A DNA stretch of 64,000 nt, taken from positions 260,033 to 324,032 of the forward strand of contig CAZOVJ010000001.1 in the NCBI GenBank assembly GCA_964583685.1. The letters are read 5' to 3'. Shown here in pieces: positions 46,992 to 56,248 of the stretch. Positions within the stretch are counted from its first letter, which is position 1; every line of letters starts with the position of its first letter. This stretch comes from an uncultured Gammaproteobacteria bacterium. GTDB taxonomy: Bacteria > Patescibacteriota > Microgenomatia > UBA8517. Position numbers and translations under genes: made by a program. A model generated the notes under the pieces. That model was not told the DNA's origin. It saw only the letters and a list, made by a program, of their open reading frames with translations, and ran no database searches.

Positions 46992-48002
46992 ATGCCTTTA
47001 AAAAAAGAAGATATACCTCCATACTTGAAATTTGAGAATGGAAGGGTCGTCATTGATGAAAATTTCATTCATGAAGGCTCTTCAGGTCCATTTACTTTTC
47101 TGTCCGACTATGGAAAAAATCTTGAATATTTAAAAGAATCAACCGAAGTTGACTATCTCCCACAAGGTATTGAAATTCATGCCCGCACAAAAACTAAAGT
47201 TCGCACTGCCTCAGATAATTTAACCCGATTAGCTAATCTTGGGATTGATTTCAATATTCCCGCTTTTGGTGTGCTCTATGCTGCCAATTTCACTTTGGCT
47301 TTTATTCCACCTTTTGAGGCAGCTATTAGCAAAGCGGGTAATAGATGGAGTCTACTTGCACCCCTCAGGGGCGGAGAACCAATTCATATCATTGCAAAAG
47401 CTAAGGGTTACAAGCATAATATTCCCCGTTTTCGGGCTAGTAGGGTAATTTTGCTAAACGGAGAATACCTGGTTGGTATCCAGGAATTAGATTCAGACAT
47501 TAAACTTGAAAATGTTTTACTCCTTTGTGATGATTGCTTAGCGGCAGCCGGCTCAGCCGACACTACTGTAAGATGGGCTTGTCAGATAAACCCAAACATT
47601 AGAGAAATTTACGGTGTGGTCGGTGTGGGAGTCAAGCGCTCAACTGAAACTCTCTCCGTCACTTGGAAGAGAAACAAATTAAATTCAAGCTTTGAGATGG
47701 GAGCTGATGCTAATACAATGGATGATAATTACTATCTAAGGGTAACCGAAGAAGAAAAAGGTAGTCGATTTCCTGAGCACTGTACTTATAGGGTTGGCGA
47801 CATGGGCCAGGCAATGAACTTAACAGATGCTAGAAGAAGAAATGTTTTAGAACCAGTTATTAGGGCTGTTGCTAATCCGGGAATTGATCCTCAATTGATT
47901 TTTGAGGCTACGTCCAGAGTGGTTAAAAATCCTTTGTCTCTTCACCTATGGGCTGATAAAATCTTTACTAAGGCTCAACTTGCTCTTGCTCAGCAGTGCT
48001 GA
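46992..48002 (+). CDS. Type I phosphoribosyltransferase-like protein (UPRT-like C-terminal domain)
   Basis: PRPP-loop-like VLLLCDDCLAAAGSA, plus APLRGG and YYL...VGDMG resembling UPRT motifs; start re-called at ATG 46992. Confidence 0.6.
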   Translation: MPLKKEDIPPYLKFENGRVVIDENFIHEGSSGPFTFLSDYGKNLEYLKESTEVDYLPQGIEIHARTKTKVRTASDNLTRLANLGIDFNIPAFGVLYAANFTLAFIPPFEAAISKAGNRWSLLAPLRGGEPIHIIAKAKGYKHNIPRFRASRVILLNGEYLVGIQELDSDIKLENVLLLCDDCLAAAGSADTTVRWACQINPNIREIYGVVGVGVKRSTETLSVTWKRNKLNSSFEMGADANTMDDNYYLRVTEEEKGSRFPEHCTYRVGDMGQAMNLTDARRRNVLEPVIRAVANPGIDPQLIFEATSRVVKNPLSLHLWADKIFTKAQLALAQQC

Positions 48003-48003
48003 T

Positions 48004-48087
48004 AAAAATCCCCACATCTGAAGATTTACCAAGTTTAAGTTCTTCCCATCCACCTCGCGTCCAGCGATAGTAGTTACCTTCACCCAT
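48004..48087. repeat. 84-bp direct repeat, copy 1 (duplicate of the 3' end of gene 49857-50600)
   Basis: Identical to 49878-49961. Confidence 0.95.
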
Positions 48088-48089
48088 TT

Positions 48090-48284
48090 CTAGTCACTAA
48101 CACTTATGGCTCTGGCCGGACAGCCCTTGGCTGCCTCAAGAATAGTTTTAATGTCATCATAAGGGCCAGGTTTCAGTTTGCTAATTGATTTTTCATCAAG
48201 TTCAAATGTCTTTGGGGCAATGCTTGCACAAAGGCCACAAGAAATGCAGAGAGAGCGGTTTATTTTAATTTTCGGTTTTGCCAT
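48090..48284 (-). CDS. Single-cluster ferredoxin
   Basis: CISCGLC...P..F...CP..AI. Confidence 0.93.
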   Translation of the reverse strand: MAKPKIKINRSLCISCGLCASIAPKTFELDEKSISKLKPGPYDDIKTILEAAKGCPARAISVSD

Positions 48285-48296
48285 TCTTTAATCATA

Positions 48297-49001
48297 TTAA
48301 AAATATTTTTCAAAGTAAATTTTATTTTCAGGAAAGCCGATCCTCATTAGTCTTTGTTTGAGATCCTCAATCATTTTTTGATTACCACAGAGATAACAAC
48401 TGGTTTTCTTAAAACTTAAATTTTTAGCCAGATTTATTACATAATTATTAACATGTCCCCCCTTGCCTGGCCAGCCGTTTTCTGATTGGGAAAGAATAAT
48501 TTTGTAATGAAAATTGGAATGATCCTTTTGCCAGTTGTCAAGAAGCTCTTGGGAAAAAATGTCTTTTTGGTATCTTAATCCCCAGAAAAGATAAATCTTT
48601 TTTTGGCTCCTTTGAGCGAAAAGCTCCTCAATAATTGGCTTCATGGAGACAATACCACAGCCGGTGGCAGCAAAAATAAAGTTGTTGCTTTTATCGTCTT
48701 TTAAAGTTAGATTTCCTTTGGCACTGCTTGTTTTGATAGTTTCTCCTGGATTTAGTTTTTTCAGAAACCGGCTGCCCGGCCCACCTGGGGTAATGTCCAC
48801 TAGTATTTCCCAAAAAGGCAAATTTTCGGGGATAGAGGCAATAGAATAAGCGCGGTAAACAGATTTTGAAATCTTGACAACTACGAACTGGCCGGCCTTG
48901 AAGGAAAAACTTTTATCCATCATTCTAAAACAAAGACTGCGAAACTTATAATTGAGACTGTTATTTTCGATTACCTCTGATTTGTAAAATTTGGGTTTCA
49001 T
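48297..49001 (-). CDS. FAD/NAD(P)-binding oxidoreductase (FNR-like)
   Basis: FKAGQF, RAYSIAS, GPGS, ATGCGI, YLCG..M, aromatic C-terminus. Confidence 0.92.
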   Translation of the reverse strand: MKPKFYKSEVIENNSLNYKFRSLCFRMMDKSFSFKAGQFVVVKISKSVYRAYSIASIPENLPFWEILVDITPGGPGSRFLKKLNPGETIKTSSAKGNLTLKDDKSNNFIFAATGCGIVSMKPIIEELFAQRSQKKIYLFWGLRYQKDIFSQELLDNWQKDHSNFHYKIILSQSENGWPGKGGHVNNYVINLAKNLSFKKTSCYLCGNQKMIEDLKQRLMRIGFPENKIYFEKYF

Positions 49002-49130
49002 TGGAAGATAGAGTTCTTGATTCAGGGATCAGTCGACAGACTACTGAACCCAGCTCAGATAATAGCAATTTTCATACACTAAATAATAACATGCCCAAAA
49101 GTATTATGAAGTGTTAAACTAAAAGGCGGA

Positions 49131-49895
49131 ATGAGAAGAAAAGGATCAAAGGTTATTGTTGTGATGCCCGCCTATAATGCGGAGAGGACCCTCCAAAAGA
49201 CCTACAAAGATATTACTCCGGGTGTGGTTAATAAAGTAATTTTGGTTGATGATGGGAGCCACGATAAAACAGTCAAGAAGGCTGAGAAGTTGGGTATTGA
49301 AACGATTGTTCACCCCCAAAACAGAGGCTATGGTGGTAATCAGAAGACTTGTTACACAATGGCCCTCAATGAGGGGGTGGATATAGTCGTCATGATTCAC
49401 CCTGATTATCAATATGACAGCCGCTTAACAGGGGAGATCGTCAGACCGATAATTGATGGACGTTTTGATATCATGCTTGGCTCTCGAATAAGGACCAGAA
49501 AAGAAGTACTTGAAGGCGGAATGCCGGCTTATAAATATTTTGCCAATCGTTTCTTAACAGTTCTGGAAAATATTATTCTTGGCCAAAATCTTTCAGAATA
49601 TCATACTGGCTTTCGAGCATTTCACAAAAATGTGTTTAAAAAGCTACCCTTCCATAAATTTTCAGATGATTTTGTTTTTGACCAAGAAATTTTGATTTCG
49701 GCAATTCATCGGGGCTACAAAGTCGGAGAGATACCGGTTCCCGTTCGTTATTTTCCCGATGCCTCATCAATAAATTTTAGGCGCTCATTAATCTATGGTT
49801 TAGTAACACTTTTTGCCCTTTTTAAATATATTTTGGCAACATTGGGCATTTATCATTCAAAAATTTTTGCAAATGACAAAAATCCCCACATCTGA
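49131..49895 (+). CDS. GT2 glycosyltransferase (DPM1-like polyprenol-phosphate sugar synthase)
   Basis: VMPAYNA, VDDGSHD, NRGYGGNQK, HPDYQY, GSR, EYHTGFRAF, FVFD. Confidence 0.92.
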   Translation: MRRKGSKVIVVMPAYNAERTLQKTYKDITPGVVNKVILVDDGSHDKTVKKAEKLGIETIVHPQNRGYGGNQKTCYTMALNEGVDIVVMIHPDYQYDSRLTGEIVRPIIDGRFDIMLGSRIRTRKEVLEGGMPAYKYFANRFLTVLENIILGQNLSEYHTGFRAFHKNVFKKLPFHKFSDDFVFDQEILISAIHRGYKVGEIPVPVRYFPDASSINFRRSLIYGLVTLFALFKYILATLGIYHSKIFANDKNPHI

Positions 49896-50600
49896 AGATT
49901 TACCAAGTTTAAGTTCTTCCCATCCACCTCGCGTCCAGCGATAGTAGTTACCTTCACCCATCTCAATTGTTCCCGGATAAGTGTTTTTACCTGAAGTGAA
50001 TATTCCATAAGGACCTGAAGAAAGAGCTCCCGGCAGGTCAGCCGGAACTCCAAAGGTTTCCATGACCACAAAAAAAGTGCCTCTGGGAATTTTATCCAGA
50101 CTATAACTAAATTCTCCATCAACCGTGGTCAAAGCTTTGATCCCGCTTTGGAGATGAAAATCCGTACTCAACTTTCCCAACAGCTTTCCCTTATCATTTC
50201 TGAAACGAAGGGTGAGAGTTCCTTTTTCCACTCCCTCATCATATCTAAACTTACCCGAGGATTCAGAACCCAAAAGAAGATCTCTTTCAAGAAAAGTTTC
50301 ATTGTCTAAACTTACTGTTCCCGGAACGCCCTGGGTCCGGCCGTCAGAAACCCGATAAAGAAGTTCATAATCCATTGAATCGACATTAGTCACCTTAATA
50401 TCAACTATCTCAAGCTTTAACCAATGTCCGTCTTCACTTGGAGTCAGAGAAACCACTGGTCTCTGTTCAAAGGGGATCTCGGGAACAAATTTCTCCTCTT
50501 CAACAATTGTGCTCTTTCGTGTCTTGATAAACAAAAAATAGGTAGCAACAAAAACTCCTATCCCCAAGAGAAACAAAATAATGGGCAGAAACTTTTTCAT
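49857..50600 (-). CDS. Hypothetical membrane-anchored protein downstream of glyQS
   Basis: N-terminal TM; DYELLY...QGVPG, LLLGSESSGKFRYDEGV; abuts the glyQS stop. Confidence 0.8.
   Translation of the reverse strand: MKKFLPIILFLLGIGVFVATYFLFIKTRKSTIVEEEKFVPEIPFEQRPVVSLTPSEDGHWLKLEIVDIKVTNVDSMDYELLYRVSDGRTQGVPGTVSLDNETFLERDLLLGSESSGKFRYDEGVEKGTLTLRFRNDKGKLLGKLSTDFHLQSGIKALTTVDGEFSYSLDKIPRGTFFVVMETFGVPADLPGALSSGPYGIFTSGKNTYPGTIEMGEGNYYRWTRGGWEELKLGKSSDVGIFVICKNF
49878..49961. repeat. 84-bp direct repeat, copy 2
   Basis: Identical to 48004-48087. Confidence 0.95.
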
Positions 50601-51875
50601 TTATTGCCTTATCTTATTTTCAATATAGCTTGTCAATTTGTCAACCGATACTCTTATTTGTTTTGTCGTATCTCTGTCTCTAATTGTCACTGTATCATCC
50701 TCAAGGGTTTGAAAGTCAACGGTCAGACACCAGGGAGTGCCAATCTCATCTTGAGCAAAATAGCGCTTGCCAATATTGCCCCGGTCATCCCACGTTGCAG
50801 AAAATTGCTGAGCAAGCTTATCAAAAATTTTTCTGGCCTGGTTTACTAATTTGGGTTTATTGGCCAAAAGAGGAAAAACAGCCACTTTATAGGGAGCTAA
50901 TTGAGGATGTAGACTGAGAACAACCCTCTCCTTTTCCTGGTGATAGGCATCCAAAAGGAAAAAAAGAGCTGAACGGTCTACCCCACCAGAAGTTTCTATT
51001 ACCCAGGGCATATATTCCTGGCCGGTTTCTCTATCTTTATAGTTTAGATGATGCCGGCTTAAGTCCCAATCTCCTCTGTGATGAATTCCTTCAAATTCGC
51101 TCCAGCCAAAAGGCGCCTGATATTCGATATCTTCGGCAAAACGGGCGTAGTGAGCCCGCTCATCCGGCCCATGTTCCCGAAAGCGAAGTTTCTTCTTTTC
51201 CATTCCCAGGGCAAGAAACCATCTCAATCTTTCCTCCTTCCAATAAGCAAAAAGCTTTTCAGCCTCTTTTTCCTCGGGCTGAATAAAATACTCCAGCTCC
51301 ATTTGTTCGAATTCACGACTTCTATAGGTAAAATTTCCTGGGGTGATTTCATTGCGAAAGGCCTTACCAATTTGGGCAATACCAAAAGGAATTCTCATCG
51401 CCATTGAATCAACAACATTTTTGAAATTGACAAAGACACCCTGGGTTACTTCCCCCCGAAGATAAGTTTTTTTCTTCCCCTTCTCCGTTGTCCCAATATA
51501 AACCTCTGTCAGAAGATTGAATTTCTTCGACTCTGTCAGCTCTCCTTGACAATCAGGACAAAGATTCCCTTTTAGGCTGTCTGCTCTAAACCGATGATGG
51601 CACTGCTTGCATTCAACCAATGGATCGGTAAAAGCCTCTATGTGGCCAGAGGCCTGCCAAACTTTGGGATTCATAATGATGGCCGCATCCAAACCTATAA
51701 CGTCATCTCTCTCGTAAACCATGGTCTTCCACCACGAACGTTTGATATTGTTTTTAAGTTCAACTCCCAGGGGTCCATAATCCCAAAACCCACGCAGGCC
51801 ACCATAAATCTCGGAGCCGGGATAAATAAATCCCCGCCTTTTGGCTAAAGAAACAATTTTTTCCATTTTACCCAT
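50601..51875 (-). CDS. glyQS: Glycine--tRNA ligase (homodimeric alpha2 type)
   Basis: LAKRRGF, YDYG-like WDYGPLG, IAQIGKAFRNEITP, REFEQME, HYA, IGKRY..QDEIGTP. Confidence 0.95.
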   Translation of the reverse strand: MGKMEKIVSLAKRRGFIYPGSEIYGGLRGFWDYGPLGVELKNNIKRSWWKTMVYERDDVIGLDAAIIMNPKVWQASGHIEAFTDPLVECKQCHHRFRADSLKGNLCPDCQGELTESKKFNLLTEVYIGTTEKGKKKTYLRGEVTQGVFVNFKNVVDSMAMRIPFGIAQIGKAFRNEITPGNFTYRSREFEQMELEYFIQPEEKEAEKLFAYWKEERLRWFLALGMEKKKLRFREHGPDERAHYARFAEDIEYQAPFGWSEFEGIHHRGDWDLSRHHLNYKDRETGQEYMPWVIETSGGVDRSALFFLLDAYHQEKERVVLSLHPQLAPYKVAVFPLLANKPKLVNQARKIFDKLAQQFSATWDDRGNIGKRYFAQDEIGTPWCLTVDFQTLEDDTVTIRDRDTTKQIRVSVDKLTSYIENKIRQ

Positions 51876-51891
51876 GCTCAACAAATTATAC

Positions 51892-52437
51892 TTAGAAAAT
51901 AAGCTTTTTGCCAACGCGAAGGCTGGTCATTTCTCTTTCCACAATACTCTCTAAAACTTTATCATGTTCAAGTAGGGATTTGTTTTTCGGCCAAAAACCC
52001 AAAAGAACGAGTGAATCTTTTATAAATTTTTCCCTTAATTTTCTTAAAAATTTTGTTCGCTGGAGGTCTTCCAGGGCGTTCAATAAGAGGAAGAAAAATT
52101 GCTCATTTCTCTCGCTATCTCGGGTTAAACGTCCCACCGTCTCAAGAAGAAAATAGGCAACAGCCACTCTCCTCAAATCTTTTCTTATCAAGGAAAAGGA
52201 GTTAATTATCTCTACTTCTGCCATCAAATCCAAACCTTTCCCTCGAGAAGCGGAAAAGCGGATGTAATTAAAAACCTCCAAAGAACCTCCCTTGCGACTT
52301 TGAACTTTTCTTACTCCTTTGGCCAATAGAGAAAGTTTACCGTAATGTTTGCTATAAATAACTAAAATTCTATCTGCTTCGGAATAATTTCTTCGAGCTA
52401 AAACTACCCCTTCACTTCTGTAATTTCTAGACCTCAC
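51892..52437 (-). CDS. recO: DNA repair protein RecO (short form)
   Basis: EGVVL.RRNYSEADRIL, GK..LAKGVRK..SR. Confidence 0.92.
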   Translation of the reverse strand: MRSRNYRSEGVVLARRNYSEADRILVIYSKHYGKLSLLAKGVRKVQSRKGGSLEVFNYIRFSASRGKGLDLMAEVEIINSFSLIRKDLRRVAVAYFLLETVGRLTRDSERNEQFFFLLLNALEDLQRTKFLRKLREKFIKDSLVLLGFWPKNKSLLEHDKVLESIVEREMTSLRVGKKLIF

Positions 52438-54470
52438 TAGATTCTGAAGCGGAGCTCCTTATCGGTTTTCAAGAAAAACTCTTCCTCTTGTTTGCCTAGA
52501 GAAATCGTGTATAGAGGAGAGTCATGACCGGCTTGTTTCTGAATCAAAAGTTTATATTCTTTGTTAAACTTGAAAGGTAGTTTATATTTAAAACTTAACT
52601 TAACAACTCCTTGAGGCCGCAAACGAAAACCACCGCAAAAAACCGTCTTGCCTAATTCCTCATAGGTTTCTCCCGCTTCTTCAAGACCATCAACAGATAT
52701 TAGTTCAGAACCCAGAGGAACATAAATTCTGGTCCAATTGGGAAGAACCGAATTCAGCCAACCATCATAGTCCTGGGGATTCTTATAAGTAATTGTCAAA
52801 AGCTTTTCCACACTTCCATCCCGAGCTATCTCAATTTCCTGATGAACTTCTTGGCTCACATAAAGATTTGATTTCCTGCCGCCCAAATTAGCATCATTGA
52901 TATGGAGATAATCTTCTTGGTAATCTTTAAGTCTGCCGGCTATATTAAATGCCTCAACACCTCTCTGAACTTCTTCATCTAACATATAAAAAAGAACATG
53001 CTTTTCGGTAAGGGATTTATAGCCGGCTTCAAAAAGCTCAGGCAGTTTATCTTTGGGTTGTCCCATTGCGTTACTCAAAATCGAATTCATCAAAGGCCCA
53101 ATTATCTTTTTCCGGTTATCTATATTTGGAGGAGCAAATACAATTTCTCCTGACACTGGATCCCAAACAATCGGGCCTTCGGTATCAGCAAAACTTTCAA
53201 GCTCGTAAATAACCTGGGGACAATCACATTCGGGAATTATTTTTGTGCTGAAATTACCAAATCCAGGTACCCCAATCTCTCCGGTTACCTCCAATAAATT
53301 AACCAATACTTGAGTATCAACAGCAATTACCCCATCAATATTTCTTATTCCCAGCTTTTGCACCTCTTGAGTAAAGAGTTCCATGCTATTTTTAAAATCA
53401 GGATTAAAATTCATATCTCGTAATCTTAAGCTCCGAGAAAGGACATAAGGACCCTTGATATATTTAATTATTGGCTCAGGAGCAGGTAAGACTGGAGTAT
53501 AACGGGCATCTAGATTATAAATATCGTTTGACAAGACCGGTTTAAACTTTCCTTTATCTACACTCATAATTGAATAGGCAGTCATAAACCCACCAGTCGG
53601 CCGTAATTCCTTGTCATTCTGAAAGAGAATTAAATAAGTTCTCTGCTCATCAATTCCTAAAAGATAAGGAGCGACCTCCAAAAGAGGTTTTCCTTGACCA
53701 ATAATATTGGCGACCTCATCAACTATCACTATCAAGCTTCTGATTTTCTCACGTATTTTTTTGCCAGCAAAAGTAACTGGATAGCGATTAGGATTAATCT
53801 TATCAATCTCTGTCTGTACCAGCTTTGTTTTCTCTGAAATTACTTCGAGCTGAGGAATAACTTCATTAATTGTTTGAACAACAAATTCAACTCTATCACT
53901 AGCGCTTTCCTCTCCACTCTGAGCCTGCTCACTTTCATCCCCTTTAAAACCAATAATGTCTGCATAGGGTTCAATTGTCGTTACTACTAGCTCGGCAGCA
54001 TCCATTCCATAAAGGCCGGCTTTAATCACCGCCTCTCCATCTTGATAATAAGCACTGAGAAGAGGAATGGGTTTAGTCCAGGAAAGATATTTGAAGGATT
54101 TCTGTAAACCAAGTAAATCGCTTCTCAGCTGAGTAATCCCCTGTTTAATTTTGTCAATATCTTGCTCCTCTCTAACAACTCCTTCTAAAGACTGAGCAGA
54201 AACAATCAGTTTCTGGGCTTTCCTATAAACAAAAAAAGAAGGTATTGTCAGGCCCAAGATAAATACAAGAAACAATATCCCTAATCCAACTAGAGTCCAA
54301 AGAACTCTCTTTTTGCCCTTATTCTTGTGCAAATTCTTCTCTTTCTCTTTTACATTCTTTGCTTCTTCTTCGTTTTCTTGATTCTCTATTCCTGGCTTAA
54401 TCTGCTCGAGATTCATTGTCTCAGATTTCAACTCAATCTTGGGAATTTCTTTTTTATTATCTTTATCCAT
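52437..54470 (-). CDS. DUF4012-like membrane-anchored extracytoplasmic protein
   Basis: YLILFQN.KELRPTGGF, RD.NFNPDF, DGVIAVD, N.GG.KSN, R.YVP.GS, QKQ.G. Confidence 0.82.
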   Translation of the reverse strand: MDKDNKKEIPKIELKSETMNLEQIKPGIENQENEEEAKNVKEKEKNLHKNKGKKRVLWTLVGLGILFLVFILGLTIPSFFVYRKAQKLIVSAQSLEGVVREEQDIDKIKQGITQLRSDLLGLQKSFKYLSWTKPIPLLSAYYQDGEAVIKAGLYGMDAAELVVTTIEPYADIIGFKGDESEQAQSGEESASDRVEFVVQTINEVIPQLEVISEKTKLVQTEIDKINPNRYPVTFAGKKIREKIRSLIVIVDEVANIIGQGKPLLEVAPYLLGIDEQRTYLILFQNDKELRPTGGFMTAYSIMSVDKGKFKPVLSNDIYNLDARYTPVLPAPEPIIKYIKGPYVLSRSLRLRDMNFNPDFKNSMELFTQEVQKLGIRNIDGVIAVDTQVLVNLLEVTGEIGVPGFGNFSTKIIPECDCPQVIYELESFADTEGPIVWDPVSGEIVFAPPNIDNRKKIIGPLMNSILSNAMGQPKDKLPELFEAGYKSLTEKHVLFYMLDEEVQRGVEAFNIAGRLKDYQEDYLHINDANLGGRKSNLYVSQEVHQEIEIARDGSVEKLLTITYKNPQDYDGWLNSVLPNWTRIYVPLGSELISVDGLEEAGETYEELGKTVFCGGFRLRPQGVVKLSFKYKLPFKFNKEYKLLIQKQAGHDSPLYTISLGKQEEEFFLKTDKELRFRI

Positions 54471-55109
54471 TTAAACAGCTCCTTTCCCAGAAAGCATTAC
54501 CCATGGGGTTTTAAGAAGTATTAAAACATCAAGCAAAATTGACTTTTTCTTGGCGTAATAAGCATCCATTTCTATTCTCTTGTCAAAATTCACTTCACTT
54601 CGTCCTGAAACTTGCCAAAAACCGCTGATTCCTGGTTTAACTGATAAAACTTCCTTAACAAGCTCTTTTGTTTGCGGATACCTTTTCTGTTGCTCCTCAA
54701 GCTCATCAGGATAATAGGGTCGTGGACCAACAATACTCATCTCCCCCTTTAAAACATTTATCAGTTGGGGAATTTCATCAATAGAATGCTTTCTAATAAA
54801 CTTGCCAATCCTGGTAATTCTCGGGTCATCATAAAGCTTATAACTTGATTTTCTATATTCCTTGTAAAGTTTTTTAAACCTGGGGTCTGTATGTAAAAGC
54901 TTATGGGCATTAATAATCATCGATCTAAATTTATAAGGACAAAATAACTGACCATCCTTGCCAACCCGCTTTGGTGTATCGGCAAAAATAGAACCAGGTG
55001 AGGTTAATTTTATTATAATTGCTGTAATCAAACAAGGTAAAGAAAAGATGATTAACAAAACAATTGAGCCAATTATATCGATAATTCTCTTAATTATCCT
55101 GTAATACAT
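54471..55109 (-). CDS. Priming polyprenyl-phosphate sugar phosphotransferase (bacterial sugar transferase)
   Basis: KRIIDI, YKFRSM, DPRIT.IG.FIRK.SIDE.PQ, GEMSIVGPRP, KPGISG.WQVSGRS. Confidence 0.95.
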   Translation of the reverse strand: MYYRIIKRIIDIIGSIVLLIIFSLPCLITAIIIKLTSPGSIFADTPKRVGKDGQLFCPYKFRSMIINAHKLLHTDPRFKKLYKEYRKSSYKLYDDPRITRIGKFIRKHSIDEIPQLINVLKGEMSIVGPRPYYPDELEEQQKRYPQTKELVKEVLSVKPGISGFWQVSGRSEVNFDKRIEMDAYYAKKKSILLDVLILLKTPWVMLSGKGAV

Positions 55110-55129
55110 ATGGGCAGACAGTAATTATA

Positions 55130-56248
55130 CTATAAAAATTCTTTTCTTTTCTTCTTTTTTAATCCTTGGACAATCTTTTTGACATTTTGAGCCCGACTTT
55201 TGGAACAAACAAGAAGGGCATTTTTTGTATCCACGACAACTACATCATCAACATCAATAATAGCAATCAAGCGGCCATCTGTATGAATCAAAGTATCGGA
55301 AGTATCGATATTGATAATCTCCCCTCCCGGCTCTTGGCCGTCAATAACAACATTCCTTTGTGAATCCTTTGGTAGATTTTCCCAAACTTCCTTCCAGTCC
55401 CCAATATCTGTCCACCGGTAATCGGCAACCAGTAAAAGAAAATTCCTCGCCTTTTCAGAAATGGCGTAATCAACGGAAACTTCAGGCATCCTCTTGTACT
55501 CTCCAATGATAACCTCTCTTTCATTTTTTGTTCCTATTGCTCGAGAAATCTTCTCTAAACCCTGGTTAATCTTTGGAGCGTAGCTCTTGAGAGCCTTGAG
55601 AAAAGAATCCGCTCTCCAAATATACTGGCCGGCATTCCAAAAATAATCTCCACTAGCTAAATATTTCTTGGCCAATTTAAGTTTTGGTTTCTCAGTAAAC
55701 CTCTCGAGCCTGTAAACAGTTTTCCCTTCAAAGACTCGCCAGCGTTCACCTTTTTTGATATAGCCGTAACCAACATTGGGATATGATGGTTTAATCCCTA
55801 TGGCCACAAGCCAATCCCCACTATAAGCGGCCATGGCGGCAGCCTTGATGGTCTTCAAATACCTACTTTCAGGAACAATCAAGTGGTCTACGTAACCATT
55901 GATTATCACTGCCTCTGAATCCTGTTTATGGATGTAGGCTGTACCTAGGGCATGAGCCGGAGCTGTATTCCTTCTAGCTGGCTCGACAAAAATATTCTCA
56001 GAAAGTATTTCAGGAACTTCCTTAAGAATTTCTCTTTTATAATCCGGTGAGGTAGTAATAACAAAAATTCTCTCCCAGGGTAACAGCTTTCTCAAACGAT
56101 AAGCAGTTATCTCAGTCAGTGTTCTTTTTTTGAAGAGTTTTAAAAACTGTTTTGGAGTAGCATTTCTGGACTTTGGCCAAAGCCTTGTACCTCCACCGCC
56201 AACAATAATCAAAACATACAAATGATCTTGATAATTATCTTTTAACAT
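55130..56248 (-). CDS. manC: Mannose-1-phosphate guanylyltransferase
   Basis: GGGGTRLWPKSR..PKQF, EP.RRNTAPA, GYGYI, FTEKP, WNAG, SVDYAISEK, WTDIG. Confidence 0.93.
   Translation of the reverse strand: MLKDNYQDHLYVLIIVGGGGTRLWPKSRNATPKQFLKLFKKRTLTEITAYRLRKLLPWERIFVITTSPDYKREILKEVPEILSENIFVEPARRNTAPAHALGTAYIHKQDSEAVIINGYVDHLIVPESRYLKTIKAAAMAAYSGDWLVAIGIKPSYPNVGYGYIKKGERWRVFEGKTVYRLERFTEKPKLKLAKKYLASGDYFWNAGQYIWRADSFLKALKSYAPKINQGLEKISRAIGTKNEREVIIGEYKRMPEVSVDYAISEKARNFLLLVADYRWTDIGDWKEVWENLPKDSQRNVVIDGQEPGGEIINIDTSDTLIHTDGRLIAIIDVDDVVVVDTKNALLVCSKSRAQNVKKIVQGLKKKKRKEFL

Noticed and set aside
49010-49056. Hairpin GGGATCAGT/ACTGAACCC upstream of the FNR gene as a riboswitch
   Set aside because: Short, with no match to any aptamer consensus I can recognise
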